64,000 bases of DNA from Candidatus Daviesbacteria bacterium. GTDB lineage: Bacteria; Patescibacteriota; Microgenomatia; Daviesbacterales; UBA10151. Location of the stretch: positions 343,927-407,926 of the forward strand of contig JACPDA010000004.1 in assembly GCA_016184225.1 (NCBI GenBank), read 5' to 3'. A program made the translations under genes and the position numbers. Shown here piece by piece: positions 53,810 to 64,000 of this stretch. Within the stretch, counting starts at the first letter, position 1. Each line of letters opens with the position of its first letter. The notes beneath the pieces are model-generated. The model saw only the letters and a list, made by a program, of their open reading frames with translations. It did not search any database and was not told the origin of the DNA.

Positions 53810-56266
53810 TTAGAATCGTTTAGTTTTGATTGTTAACAAAGAAATAACCATTAGCAGTAGCAGACTCGTCTGTGATATCTTTAAACCAATATCAAATGAT
53901 TTTGGCCGGTATCTAAACACTACTTCATGAGAACCTGCAGGAATTTTAATTGCTCTGAAGATAAGGTTTGCAGGGCTGATAGGAGTTTCTTTACCGTCGA
54001 TTTTCGCTTTCCACCCTTCTTCATATTGATCGGCTAATATTAAAACTTCATCAGAAGGTGTATCTGTTTTGATTTTAACGGTGCCAGGTGAATAATGAAT
54101 GATTGAAGCTTTTCCCGTACCTGAAACTTTTGAAACTTTTAGATCTTCTGACAAGAATACCATAACTCGTGGATCAAAATATTTATCATTCATAAGTATG
54201 TTTTCTATGTTCTGGGTTGAGACAGTTTGTATTTTTTTTGCCAAATATACTCTATCCAAGGAATTGGGATTTTCCAGGACTGCCGAAGATTTATCCTTGA
54301 ATACTAATTTGTAATTTGACTCCTTCAATTTATAATTAAGTAAATCTCCGGGAATTTGACCTTTATCATCTCTCAAAATTGCGATTAAGTATCTAGTATT
54401 TACAGCATCGAGATAAGATGAGCTGTAGTTAGAGGCAACTTCAGCGTATCGGGTTGAGCTTCCGGTTCTTATGTCTCCACCATTTAGGAAACGCATAAAT
54501 TTACCGTACTGATTAAGATAGATCGGGTCATATCCCTCATAAGTTTGCAGCTTGTATGCAATCCAAGTGTTTGGGGGCAAAACTTCGGCATGTTCTCTAC
54601 CTACGCGGAATAATCCTTTTTGTTTCTGCAGGAATTCTAAACTGGGGGTTGTGGGGAAAATTAAATTATTGGAAATAAAGGGGTTAAACTTAAGAAAATA
54701 TCTTCCGAGATCTAAGACCAATAGAACGAATAAAGAAATTAATAGGATATTTAATTTATATTTTTTTAAAAGTTGGGATTTAGTCTTGTTTAAAATATAC
54801 ATAAAGAGGAGCAGGAAAGTTAAAAGACTGAAAGGAACTAAACTATTTTTTGCGGCAATTAAAAAGTTCTGCAATGCATAATCATTACTCTCTAAATAAA
54901 CTTTTAGGAACTCCTCATTGGGAGCGTTAATTATAATATTCCATATAGAATAAAATGTAAGTAACGTTCCTATAATTACTCCCAAGATGGCAGCCCAGCT
55001 CCAAAGGATAGCTTTCTGAATAAAGAAAAGACTTTTATTTTCCTTTATGTGATCCATGACTAAAGAAGCGAGAATAGCCGTTGACAAGAGGGTTATAAAT
55101 AACATTCTGCTTCCATAAGAGGAAGTTAACAGAGGAATTCTCAGGTTATAAAAGGAATTAGAAATGGGATTGTTAAAACTAAATAGCAAGGTAAACAAGA
55201 ATAGTATAGAGAAGAAAAGTGCTTCTTTAGATCTAACCCTAAATAAAAGATAGAGTAAAAGAGGAAGGGTTACAATCCCTAAGAAGCCACTTGTCTCGGA
55301 ATAGTTGAGTGTTCCCCAATAGTTTCTCGTAACTGCATTTCCAAAGTAATCGGGGATAAAGAATTTGAGGCTATCTTTAGTATTTAATAAGCCAAAATTG
55401 GATTCGGCAGTATAAGATTCTGTTTGTCTTATGGATTTTTGTAACAGATCGTAACTTGGTAGTACTTGTAAAGCTGTTATGCCTATAGATGCTATTAGGG
55501 AGAAAAACAAAATAAAAATTTGTCCTCTGCTTACTTTATTTTTCAAAAAAATAAATAAGATATATAAAAATGCAATAAAGAAAGTATATGTTGTGATTTG
55601 TGCATTTCCTGCAAGAATCACTAAGGATAAAGAAGCAATAAGTAGAGGAATAAATTTAAATTGACTTACTAATATAAATTTTCTTATGCTATATAAAACA
55701 AGTGGTAACCAAGCTATCGCGTGGCCTGCCGTTCCCAATTCCAGCCAGGTTGTCATAAGCCCGCCCAAAGAGAAAATTACTGCACCGGATAGTCCTGCAA
55801 TTTTAGATTTAACAATTTGGGATATAAATAAATAGAAAGTGATAGAGGCAATAATTGTCTGAGAATAAATATAGAATCCCCAGCCGTAATTCTTAGGTAA
55901 GAATAATAAGATATTTAAAGGATACAAGACGGCAGAATGGTATGTAGCTAAAAGTGGGTTTCCGGTAAATGAGTAAGGGTTCCATAAGGGCCATTCTAAA
56001 TTTTTGAAAGCATCAATTGCTAAATGTTTCCATAGAAAAAATTGGGAGAACACATCAGAAATCAGAGGATTCTGCACTGGAAATTTATAATAATCCAGCC
56101 AAGGTGAGTAACTAACCACTAATAGATCACCGGGGAAAGGAATTTTTCCAAAAATAAAAAATTTATAGTAAATACCTAGAGTCACAAGCCCTAGGATTAG
56201 ATAAGCGGAATAAGGTTTGTCTAGGAAAGACTTGATTTTCTGAATAATGTTGTACGAAACCTCCAT
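53810..56266 (-). CDS. YfhO-family membrane glycosyltransferase
   Basis: PLWNPYSFTGNPLLA, YPLN, GYDP, YEEGWKAKIDG...AN.IFRAI.IPAGSHEV.F.Y.P. Start taken at ATG 56266. Confidence 0.88.
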   Translation of the reverse strand: MEVSYNIIQKIKSFLDKPYSAYLILGLVTLGIYYKFFIFGKIPFPGDLLVVSYSPWLDYYKFPVQNPLISDVFSQFFLWKHLAIDAFKNLEWPLWNPYSFTGNPLLATYHSAVLYPLNILLFLPKNYGWGFYIYSQTIIASITFYLFISQIVKSKIAGLSGAVIFSLGGLMTTWLELGTAGHAIAWLPLVLYSIRKFILVSQFKFIPLLIASLSLVILAGNAQITTYTFFIAFLYILFIFLKNKVSRGQIFILFFSLIASIGITALQVLPSYDLLQKSIRQTESYTAESNFGLLNTKDSLKFFIPDYFGNAVTRNYWGTLNYSETSGFLGIVTLPLLLYLLFRVRSKEALFFSILFLFTLLFSFNNPISNSFYNLRIPLLTSSYGSRMLFITLLSTAILASLVMDHIKENKSLFFIQKAILWSWAAILGVIIGTLLTFYSIWNIIINAPNEEFLKVYLESNDYALQNFLIAAKNSLVPFSLLTFLLLFMYILNKTKSQLLKKYKLNILLISLFVLLVLDLGRYFLKFNPFISNNLIFPTTPSLEFLQKQKGLFRVGREHAEVLPPNTWIAYKLQTYEGYDPIYLNQYGKFMRFLNGGDIRTGSSTRYAEVASNYSSSYLDAVNTRYLIAILRDDKGQIPGDLLNYKLKESNYKLVFKDKSSAVLENPNSLDRVYLAKKIQTVSTQNIENILMNDKYFDPRVMVFLSEDLKVSKVSGTGKASIIHYSPGTVKIKTDTPSDEVLILADQYEEGWKAKIDGKETPISPANLIFRAIKIPAGSHEVVFRYRPKSFDIGLKISQTSLLLLMVISLLTIKTKRF

Positions 56267-56335
56267 GTTATCTGATAGTGCTGAATTGAGAAACAAAGCT
56301 TGATACTCACATTCGTTCGTATTAAGATTAAATTT

Positions 56336-57235
56336 ATGGTAAGTCAAATATCGGTAGTAATCAATACTCTGAATGAGTCTCGAAATATCAAAAGAGTTAT
56401 TGAATCGCTGGATTGGGCTGATGAGCTAGTTGTAGTAGATGACGGATCGGAAGACAAAACTATTGAAATCCTGAATGAATTAAAAACTAGAATCAAGAAA
56501 TTAAAGGTTTTTCAACATCAAGGTGAAGGTTACGTAGAGCCGGCCAGAAATTATGCAATTTCCAAAGCTTCGAACGAATGGATTCTCATTCTAGATGCTG
56601 ATGAAGTAATTACTGAAACTTTGTCAAAAAAATTAGTGGAGATTGTTAAAAGAATGAAACAAATAGATTATGTTAGAATACCCCGCAAGAATATAATCTT
56701 CGGCCATTTTATACAAGAATCTATGTGGTGGCCCGATTACAATATAAGATTCTTTAAGAAGGGTAAGGTAAGATGGTCAGATAAAATTCACCGTCCGCCT
56801 GAAGTTTTGGGCCAGGGTTTGGATCTCCCGGCTGAAGAGAAAAATGCAATTATTCATTGCAGTTACGGAACTATTTCAGAGTTTTTGGAAAGGATGAATG
56901 GATACACAACAGTACAGGCAGCAGAACTGAAAAAGAATAGATACAAATTTGACTGGAAGGATCTTTTTGAAAAACCTTTAAACGAGTTTTTATCAAGATT
57001 TTTTGCAAATAGGGGATATAAGGATGGTTTGCATGGTTTAGTATTGAGTTTCCTACAAGCATTCTCTTTTTTGGTTGTGTATCTAAAGCTGTGGGAAAGT
57101 AACAATTTTAAGGAACAAGATATCAACCTGACAGAACTAAAAGACCAAATAAACAAATCTTCGGAGGGTATAAATTATTGGATAAAAAAAACAGACCGAA
57201 GGGGGAACTTTTTTGAACGGATATTCAAAAGGTAA
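56336..57235 (+). CDS. GT2 glycosyltransferase (WaaE/KdtX-like)
   Basis: ISVVINTLNE, VVDDGSEDKT, ARNYAI...EWILILDADE, WWPDY..RFF. Confidence 0.9.
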   Translation: MVSQISVVINTLNESRNIKRVIESLDWADELVVVDDGSEDKTIEILNELKTRIKKLKVFQHQGEGYVEPARNYAISKASNEWILILDADEVITETLSKKLVEIVKRMKQIDYVRIPRKNIIFGHFIQESMWWPDYNIRFFKKGKVRWSDKIHRPPEVLGQGLDLPAEEKNAIIHCSYGTISEFLERMNGYTTVQAAELKKNRYKFDWKDLFEKPLNEFLSRFFANRGYKDGLHGLVLSFLQAFSFLVVYLKLWESNNFKEQDINLTELKDQINKSSEGINYWIKKTDRRGNFFERIFKR

Positions 57236-57242
57236 ATATTAG

Positions 57243-58046
57243 ATGTTAAGTATAGTTGTACTGACAAAGAACGAAGAGGATAGAATTAAAACTTGCTTGG
57301 AATCTGTTAAATGGGCGGATGAGATTGTTGTAGTGGATAATGGTTCAAATGATAATACCCTAAAAATAGCAGAAAAATACACTAATAAGATTTTTCAGGT
57401 AAATCTGCCAGACTTTGCTGAAGTTAGAAACTTTGCCATGGGAAAAGCCCTCGGTAACTGGATTTTCTTTGTGGATGCCGACGAGCGAGTATTAGAACCT
57501 TTAAGAAGAGAAATAGAAACCCTTATCTCTAGTGAAGATTTTTCAGCCCTTGCTGTCTCACGCAGGAATATTGTTTTTGGGAAAGAGGTCAGATATGGTC
57601 CCTTCTGGCCTGATTGGGTCACCAGAATCTTGAGAAAGAAAGATTTTGAAAATTGGATAGGTAAGGTTCATGAATACCCAAAATTTAAGGGTAAGTTAGG
57701 TTACACGAAGAATTCATTATTGCATTTAACCCATCGCAATATCGACCAAATCACATTAAAAAGCTTGGAATGGTCCAAGATCGATGCCAAGTTAAGGTCG
57801 AATGCTAATCATCCAAAGATGTCGGGCTGGCGGTTCTTAAGAATCTTTGTCAGCGAAGCTTTTAATCAAGGAATCATTAGGCAAGGCTTTTTTAATGGCA
57901 CAGTTGGAATTATGGACTCTTTGTTACAAGCTTTTAGCTTATATATGACTTATGTCAGATTATGGGAGCTGCAACAAACCAAAACAAGAAATCAAGTATA
58001 TGAAGAAATTGATAAAAATTTGATAGAGAACGGATTTAGGTTTTAA
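57243..58046 (+). CDS. GT2 glycosyltransferase (WaaE/KdtX-like)
   Basis: LSIVVLTKNEE, VVDNGS.D.T, RNFA...WIFFVDADE, VHE. Confidence 0.9.
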   Translation: MLSIVVLTKNEEDRIKTCLESVKWADEIVVVDNGSNDNTLKIAEKYTNKIFQVNLPDFAEVRNFAMGKALGNWIFFVDADERVLEPLRREIETLISSEDFSALAVSRRNIVFGKEVRYGPFWPDWVTRILRKKDFENWIGKVHEYPKFKGKLGYTKNSLLHLTHRNIDQITLKSLEWSKIDAKLRSNANHPKMSGWRFLRIFVSEAFNQGIIRQGFFNGTVGIMDSLLQAFSLYMTYVRLWELQQTKTRNQVYEEIDKNLIENGFRF

Positions 58047-58055
58047 CATAAGACT

Positions 58056-59129
58056 ATGAAGATAGCCGTCTTTTCTCCTTATCTTGATACGTTTGGCGGA
58101 GGAGAGAAGTACATGATGACTATTGCGGAGGTATTATCCTCACGACATGCTGTAGATGTGCTTTTAGATAAGCACCTTTTTAGCTTAGGGGGGGGTTATC
58201 TAAAAAAAGAATTATCAAAAAGATTTGATCTAAACTTAAAATCAGTTAATTTTATTATTGCTCCACTGGGTCAAAATTCTTCTGCCATTTCCAGAACACT
58301 TTTCCTTAATAATTATGATAGATTTTTTTATCTAACAGACGGAAGTATTTTTTTCCCGACTGCAAAGAAGAACTTCTTGCATGTACAGTCTCCCCTTATC
58401 GGGCAACCTGCAAAAAGTATCTGGGGTCTATTTAAGCTAAAAGGGTGGGATTTGGTTATTTATAACTCCAGTTTTACCAAAACATACTCCCAAGCTAATT
58501 GGCCATTAAAATCAGAAATTATTTTTCCGCCGGTTGATACTTCAAAAATTAAACCATTAAGAAAAGAAAAATACATTCTTTCAGTTGGCCGTTTCTTTGG
58601 ATATCTGAAGGATAAAAAACAAGAACTTCTGATCAAAGTATTTAAAGAGCTTTCTGAAACAGGAAATATAAAGGAATGGAGTTTGCATTTGGTTGGATCG
58701 GCTAGTGATGGGGATAAAGATTATTTAGAAAGCTTAAAATATCTAGCAAAAGGTATTCCTGTAGAGTTCTATCCTAATTTAGAGCATAATGGGCTAATTG
58801 AGCTTTACGGACAGTCCAGTATTTATTGGCATGCGGCAGGTTTTGGAGAAACAGACCCAACCAGGATGGAACACTTCGGGATCTCCACGGTCGAAGCAAT
58901 GGCCGGAGGATGTGTACCTGTAGTAATAGGAAAAGGGGGTCAGCGAGAAATTGTGGAGGATGGTAAATCGGGTTATTTGTGGGAAAACTTAGATGAATTA
59001 AAGCAATTAACATTAAAATTAACCGAAGATAGGAAGCTACTAGAGAAGATGGCGAAAGAAGCTACGGAGAGAGCGCAGGATTATAGTAAAGAAAAATTTG
59101 TTGAAAGAATTAAAAATATAAGTAAATGA
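58056..59129 (+). CDS. GT4 (GT-B) glycosyltransferase
   Basis: GGGEK, ILSVGRF, K.QE.LI, EHFGISTVEAMAGG.VPV, EIVEDG.SG.L. Confidence 0.93.
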   Translation: MKIAVFSPYLDTFGGGEKYMMTIAEVLSSRHAVDVLLDKHLFSLGGGYLKKELSKRFDLNLKSVNFIIAPLGQNSSAISRTLFLNNYDRFFYLTDGSIFFPTAKKNFLHVQSPLIGQPAKSIWGLFKLKGWDLVIYNSSFTKTYSQANWPLKSEIIFPPVDTSKIKPLRKEKYILSVGRFFGYLKDKKQELLIKVFKELSETGNIKEWSLHLVGSASDGDKDYLESLKYLAKGIPVEFYPNLEHNGLIELYGQSSIYWHAAGFGETDPTRMEHFGISTVEAMAGGCVPVVIGKGGQREIVEDGKSGYLWENLDELKQLTLKLTEDRKLLEKMAKEATERAQDYSKEKFVERIKNISK

Positions 59130-60283
59130 AGAGGACTTTTTGGATTATTGTAATAATTGGGGTTGCTATCCGGATATTTTTATCCTTAACTACATTTCAC
59201 TCTGATATGCTAGTTTTTGAGTTAGCCGGTAAACTTGTGGCATCAGGTAACATCTTAAACCTTTATGATTTTACCTCAAATTCTGCTGTTTTTAATTATC
59301 CGCCGGCAATTTATCTTTTCCATGGGTTATTTAATTATTTATTTAATATTTTAGGTCTATCACAAATTACTCAATTGAATCTTAATTTATTACTTCTGAA
59401 ACTTCCCTATTTTATCTTTGATTTTCTGATTGGAGTTATTTTATTTAAATTATTTGATTCTCCCAAAAAATCTTTATTGGCATTTACACTTTGGATATTT
59501 AACCCAATTAGTCTTTATGCAACATATATGATGGGCCAGTTTGATATTATTCCAACCTTTTTCATTATTTTATCAATCTATTTTGCTATTAAAGGCAAAT
59601 TAGAACGGGCTGCCTTGGCTTTAGGTGGGGGGATAGCATTTAAGTTATTCCCGGTCTTTTTAGTTATTCCGTTAATTGTTCTGAGTAAAAATTCTCTGGA
59701 TAGATTGAAATTACTGATTCTTGCAACGCTCCCTTATTTGCTCTTAACTCTTCCGTATCTATCTTCTTCTAGTTTCAGGGCAACTGCTTTATTTGCCAAT
59801 CAAAGTTCAAAAAGTCTTTATGCTGTTATCCCGGTATCTGGTGGGGAATCAATTATTTTATTTCCGGCAGTTCTTCTGCTCTTCTATTTTATTATATGGA
59901 GTTTTCAGCATAAAACAGAAATTTGGAGATTATATTCAATACCGCTTCTGTTGTTTTTTATCTTTACTCATTTTCATCCCCAGTGGTTAATCTGGATTAC
60001 ACCATTATTAATCTTAGGGTTAACAAGTACCGGATTTAGGAGTCTACCTTTATACATATTAATTTTTATTAGTTGGTTCTTCTCTCTATTCTTTTTTGAT
60101 CCTTCGCTAACTATTGGAATATTTTCACCTCTTGTGCCTGCTTTAAATAATACTCCAAGCATTTGGATGATTTTGGGTATTAATGTTGATTACAATTTAT
60201 CGCGAAGTTTAATACAAACTATTTTTGTATCAAGCGCAATTTATTTAATTTACCAATATTTTCCTAGAAAAACTGATGTTTAA
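59126..60283 (+). CDS. GT-C-fold membrane glycosyltransferase (GT87/PigM-like)
   Basis: HSD, NYPP, LKLP...FD, FNP......MGQFD, K.FP, HPQWL.W. Confidence 0.8.
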   Translation: MKRTFWIIVIIGVAIRIFLSLTTFHSDMLVFELAGKLVASGNILNLYDFTSNSAVFNYPPAIYLFHGLFNYLFNILGLSQITQLNLNLLLLKLPYFIFDFLIGVILFKLFDSPKKSLLAFTLWIFNPISLYATYMMGQFDIIPTFFIILSIYFAIKGKLERAALALGGGIAFKLFPVFLVIPLIVLSKNSLDRLKLLILATLPYLLLTLPYLSSSSFRATALFANQSSKSLYAVIPVSGGESIILFPAVLLLFYFIIWSFQHKTEIWRLYSIPLLLFFIFTHFHPQWLIWITPLLILGLTSTGFRSLPLYILIFISWFFSLFFFDPSLTIGIFSPLVPALNNTPSIWMILGINVDYNLSRSLIQTIFVSSAIYLIYQYFPRKTDV

Positions 60284-61769
60284 AAAATCATCAAGATTCC
60301 AAATAATAGTAGTTTTTTTATTTTTTTTTGTCATTGGGTGGTTCCTTTTTACCTTTAGGATTTTAAATGTTCCTCCGGGAATTAATGGTGATGAGGCTGT
60401 GATAGGTTATAACGCAGCCTTGGTGGCAAAAAGCGGATTTGATTCCAACGGTAAGTTTTTGCCGTTATTTACTGCTTCAGCCGGCTCCCGTGATTGGAAG
60501 CAGCCAGTAACATTTTATTCCACAGTGTTAGCATTTCGTATATTTGGAACTACCTATTTTGTTTTAAGAGCAGTTAGCGTGCTTTTTGTATTGCTAAGCG
60601 GTATTTTAATTTTTCTCTTGGTTTATGAATTAGTAGAACTCAAAGCTGCTCTTTGGAGTCTGTTGATTTTTGCAACCACTCCAATTGTAATGATTCAATC
60701 TCATTTAGCTTTAGAAAATATCGCACCGGTTCCGTTCATTGCCTTCTTTTTATGGATGATGGTCAAGTATAGTAAAAAAAAGAAAGTAGGATTCTTAGTC
60801 ATGGCTGCAACTACTCTGGCCCTAAGTGTTTTCTCTTACCTTGGTTTGAGGATCATGGCGCCTTCGCTTATAGTTCTTACTATCCTGTTTATCTACTATC
60901 TAAATAAGGTGTATGCTAGGTTAGCCGTTAGAAAGATCCTCATCTTCTTGACTGTGTTTATCCCGTTCTTCTTGGTCCTGGTCGTTGCAAAGGTAAATTA
61001 TCCCGGTTCATTATTAGGTTTATATAGATCATTTGAAATCACATCATACCAACAATTTATTTTAACGTACATTTCATCTTTTGACTGGTCTTTCTTATTT
61101 ATCAATGGTGACGTGACTCCTTACCATTCGACGGGTAAACACGGAATGTTCCTCCTGGCTAGTCTACCACTTTTCCTACTTGGGATAGCTAGCATTATAC
61201 AAAAAAAACGACCGATATTATTTTTCATTATAGCTGTTTTTTTCTTTATGCCAATTTTCTTTGGCTTAGCGTCAGATATCCATCGCGCGAGCAGGTTGTT
61301 AAGCCTGGTCCCTCCTTATATTGTGATTAGCTCACTGGGAATGCTGGTTTTAACCGGTATGAGAAACGGATTGTGGCGTGTCATGTTTATTTTTATTGTC
61401 ACAACAATGATTATTTTTAATTTTGCGGATTTTGTGAAAGATTATTGGTATGAATATCCTAAACGGGTTAAGTCAGAATTTTCAAAGCCTTATCAGCTTG
61501 TTTTTGAGAGAGCTGCATCTTTAAGTAAATTAAATAATCTGACTCCGTTTATTCAAGGTGACTTTCGGAGGCAAGATGTAATAGCTGAGAATTTTTTTGA
61601 ACAGGTTTACTTTCCCAATGGATTGAAAACATGGAATGATAATCAGATGTTACCGGAGAAAAGTATTATTATTGTTTCCGACTACCTCATTTCAAAAAGA
61701 CAAGACATTCCGCAGGAAAAAATAGGCGATGGTGATTTTGGTATTTTGATAAACAATGAAAGTAAATAA
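60276..61769 (+). CDS. GT-C-fold membrane glycosyltransferase (ArnT/PMT-like)
   Basis: PPGINGDEAVIGYNA...G.D.NG.FLP, FLFINGD...YHS. Confidence 0.88.
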   Translation: MFKKSSRFQIIVVFLFFFVIGWFLFTFRILNVPPGINGDEAVIGYNAALVAKSGFDSNGKFLPLFTASAGSRDWKQPVTFYSTVLAFRIFGTTYFVLRAVSVLFVLLSGILIFLLVYELVELKAALWSLLIFATTPIVMIQSHLALENIAPVPFIAFFLWMMVKYSKKKKVGFLVMAATTLALSVFSYLGLRIMAPSLIVLTILFIYYLNKVYARLAVRKILIFLTVFIPFFLVLVVAKVNYPGSLLGLYRSFEITSYQQFILTYISSFDWSFLFINGDVTPYHSTGKHGMFLLASLPLFLLGIASIIQKKRPILFFIIAVFFFMPIFFGLASDIHRASRLLSLVPPYIVISSLGMLVLTGMRNGLWRVMFIFIVTTMIIFNFADFVKDYWYEYPKRVKSEFSKPYQLVFERAASLSKLNNLTPFIQGDFRRQDVIAENFFEQVYFPNGLKTWNDNQMLPEKSIIIVSDYLISKRQDIPQEKIGDGDFGILINNESK

Positions 61770-63342
61770 TTGGCTAATTATCTTATTACTTTTTGCATTT
61801 ATCATAAGAATTGTTCCGATTAGTTTCCCGGATTTCACGTCAGATGAGGCAAGAATCGCTTATAGAGCCTTTGCGCTATCCACAACCGGAAAAGATGAAT
61901 TAGGTAGATCTTTTCCGGTACTCTTTAATTCTTTGGACAACTATCAGCTACCCGTTGTTTCTTATATTACAGCATTAGGAGTATTAATATTTGGTAAAAC
62001 AGATCTTGGGGTAAGGATACCCTTTATTTTAATTGGGACTGCTATAGTTTTATTAATTTATCAACTGTCAAGGTTTTTTATGGATGATATAAAATACAGC
62101 ATCTTTGCTGCGGCATTAGCTTCTTTATCTCCGGGGTTAATATTTTTTTCCAAGTTTCCCAATGAATATATTGTATCAATCTTTCTAACTTTGATCCTAA
62201 TAACTCAAGTGCTAAAAGAACGATTGAGGTTACCACTGATGCTAGTAATTGTCTTACTAATGCTTTTAACTTCCAAAGCCCTTTGGTTTGTTTTACTGCC
62301 GGTTTTATTGCTTACCCTATTTTTAAATAAAAAAATAAAAAAAAGAGAAAAAATTTTATTTTTTGCGGTAGGTCTGATACCCACTGTAATAATAATTTAT
62401 TTATATTTAAATATTCAGCAGGGAATGAGAAGTTTAGTTGAAAATAGTTTTCCTATTATTTCCGATGTAACTATCAAAAACGGCATAGAGAAATTAAGGA
62501 GCCAGGAAGCATCCGGATGGCCAACGCTCCTGGATAGGATTATATTCAATAAAGCATATTTTATTGTAACCGGTATTTTCCACTGGTTTTCAGAACTTAG
62601 TTTGAGTAGACTTTTTACAGAATTAGATTCTACCGGTAATTTTGGTTTTTTGAAATTAGGGTCATTCTCTAAGCTAGTAATAATTCCCTTTTTTGTAGGT
62701 TTAACATTTTTAATTAAAGGAAGGAAGAGGTTTAAGTTTTTAAGTTTATATATACTCCTTGTCACATTTCCATTAGTCTTTTTATATCCGGTAAAAAATA
62801 CCGGTTTTATCCTATTTGCTTTGCCATTTGTTGCTTTGATCTCGGCTCTAGGACTTAAGATTTTTAACCAAAAGATAGCAGTAATCTTTTTTATTATTCT
62901 AATTGCAGAGTTCCTTGTGAATTTATGGTTTATCCAGGCAAGTATTAAAAATTCAAATCAATATAGACAAGGTTGGATTAAGGGGGCAATTCAAGAAGCC
63001 GATGCTTATGCATCAAATTATAGTATTGCTTTTTCAGATAACCTGACAGGAGATATCATTCCTTTCATTGAATGGTATACGCATTTTCGTCCCGAGGATG
63101 GTTACGAAGATATTAAGCTTCCCTATAAATTTCACCAGACTAGGGTTTCCAAATTTAGGCTGATTGTATCCGAAAGCACGTTTTATGAATGTGGTTTTGA
63201 CAGGCCTCCATATATTTTTGCATCAGAAAGAGATCTTAAAAAGATACAGGAAGAAATAAAAGTTTTGCCACAGAAGCTATACAAGAATTATCTAAGAGAG
63301 GTGATGGTTTATCTTTTACCACCAAAGGTATGCATACATTAA
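61756..63342 (+). CDS. GT-C-fold membrane glycosyltransferase (ArnT/PMT-like)
   Basis: FTSDEARIAY.A..L..TGKDELG..FP, VRIPF, multiple TM segments. Confidence 0.85.
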   Translation: MKVNNWLIILLLFAFIIRIVPISFPDFTSDEARIAYRAFALSTTGKDELGRSFPVLFNSLDNYQLPVVSYITALGVLIFGKTDLGVRIPFILIGTAIVLLIYQLSRFFMDDIKYSIFAAALASLSPGLIFFSKFPNEYIVSIFLTLILITQVLKERLRLPLMLVIVLLMLLTSKALWFVLLPVLLLTLFLNKKIKKREKILFFAVGLIPTVIIIYLYLNIQQGMRSLVENSFPIISDVTIKNGIEKLRSQEASGWPTLLDRIIFNKAYFIVTGIFHWFSELSLSRLFTELDSTGNFGFLKLGSFSKLVIIPFFVGLTFLIKGRKRFKFLSLYILLVTFPLVFLYPVKNTGFILFALPFVALISALGLKIFNQKIAVIFFIILIAEFLVNLWFIQASIKNSNQYRQGWIKGAIQEADAYASNYSIAFSDNLTGDIIPFIEWYTHFRPEDGYEDIKLPYKFHQTRVSKFRLIVSESTFYECGFDRPPYIFASERDLKKIQEEIKVLPQKLYKNYLREVMVYLLPPKVCIH

Positions 63343-64000
63343 TTAACAGAAAAACTTTTATCTTAGTCCTGATTATTTTAGCAGGAGCGCTCTTTAGATT
63401 TTTCAGGTTAGGTGAATACCCTATTCAGTTAAACCACGATGAAATTAGTCAACTATACGATATTAGGTCTATCTTAGAAACAAAAAAAGATATATATGGG
63501 AATTTCTTGCCTTTGGCTTTTCCATCCACTGGGGATTATAAGGTAGGACATTATATTTATATAAGTACTATTCCGTATCTTATTTTCGGAAACCAAGAAG
63601 CGACAATTAGAATTCCTGCTGCTTTTTTTGGAACATTAACAATATTAGCAGTTTTCTTATTCGTTAAGATATTAACTAAGAATTGGTTACTGGCAATCCT
63701 TTCTGCCACAGTAACAGTATTTACTCCTTCGGAAATATTCTATTCCAGAAAAAGTTTTGAAAATGTAATAGGTTCCAGCTTAGATCTTTTTGGGCTATTT
63801 TTCCTCCTGAAACACTTGAAGGAAGGGGCTGGTAGAGGATGGGCAATTTTAGGGGTTTTTGTGTTGGTTATAGCCATGTATATCTATACGTCACAAACTA
63901 TATTAATACCGCTTCTGATGCTTTTGCTCATTATCCTATTTAGGAAAAAAATACTTGAACAAAGAAAAGATTTTTTGTTGATTTTTGTATTATGGATTAT
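63330..64000 (+). CDS. GT-C-fold membrane glycosyltransferase; runs off the window edge
   Basis: Hand translation: MHTLINRKTFILVLIILAGALFRFFRLGEYPIQLNHDEISQLYDIRSILETKKDIYGNFLPLAFPSTGDYK..., the same DE motif as its neighbours. Confidence 0.85.
   Translation, partial: MHTLINRKTFILVLIILAGALFRFFRLGEYPIQLNHDEISQLYDIRSILETKKDIYGNFLPLAFPSTGDYKVGHYIYISTIPYLIFGNQEATIRIPAAFFGTLTILAVFLFVKILTKNWLLAILSATVTVFTPSEIFYSRKSFENVIGSSLDLFGLFFLLKHLKEGAGRGWAILGVFVLVIAMYIYTSQTILIPLLMLLLIILFRKKILEQRKDFLLIFVLWI

Noticed and set aside
1-64000. Alternative genetic code (TGA read as Gly), prophage or defence island
   Set aside because: secA, greA, ftsX and gmd end at TGA at their expected lengths. No phage structural, integrase, restriction or Cas genes were recognised. 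The remaining short ORFs in the track are antisense or off-frame shadows of the called genes.

Overview
A 64-kb bacterial chromosomal segment read in the standard code (TGA is a stop). Its gene content and style fit a Patescibacteria/CPR genome, probably Microgenomates; this is an inference from a miniature TsaB, many multi-TM glycosyltransferases, orphan ORFs and apparently leaderless genes. The left ~28 kb is mostly housekeeping: a partial HAMP-PAS sensor, tRNA-Glu(CTC), greA, an M49 peptidase, lysS, an HD hydrolase, serS, secA, nnrD, a CofE/FolC2-like ligase, galE, tsaE, ftsE-ftsX-M23 peptidase, prfB and tsaB. The right ~36 kb is a surface-glycan locus with rmlABC, gmd, polyprenol-P-sugar synthases, GtrA, Wzx, GT2/GT4 enzymes and most of the window's ~17 GT-C-fold membrane glycosyltransferases. 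The most unusual signals are: (1) a ~270-bp integrase-free cassette carrying an 83-aa GIY-YIG nuclease that duplicates the 5' 27 nt of tRNA-Glu and takes its stop codon from inside the tRNA, with a 75-bp double hairpin inserted in the orphaned tRNA fragment; (2) several short palindromic elements sitting in-frame in secA, nnrD, prfB, tsaB and a glycosyltransferase, with related intergenic copies and a REP-flanked RAYT transposase nearby; (3) an apparently circularly permuted M23 peptidase with intact Zn-ligand motifs downstream of ftsEX. No CRISPR array, rRNA or prophage was seen. All calls come from reading the sequence; no searches were run.
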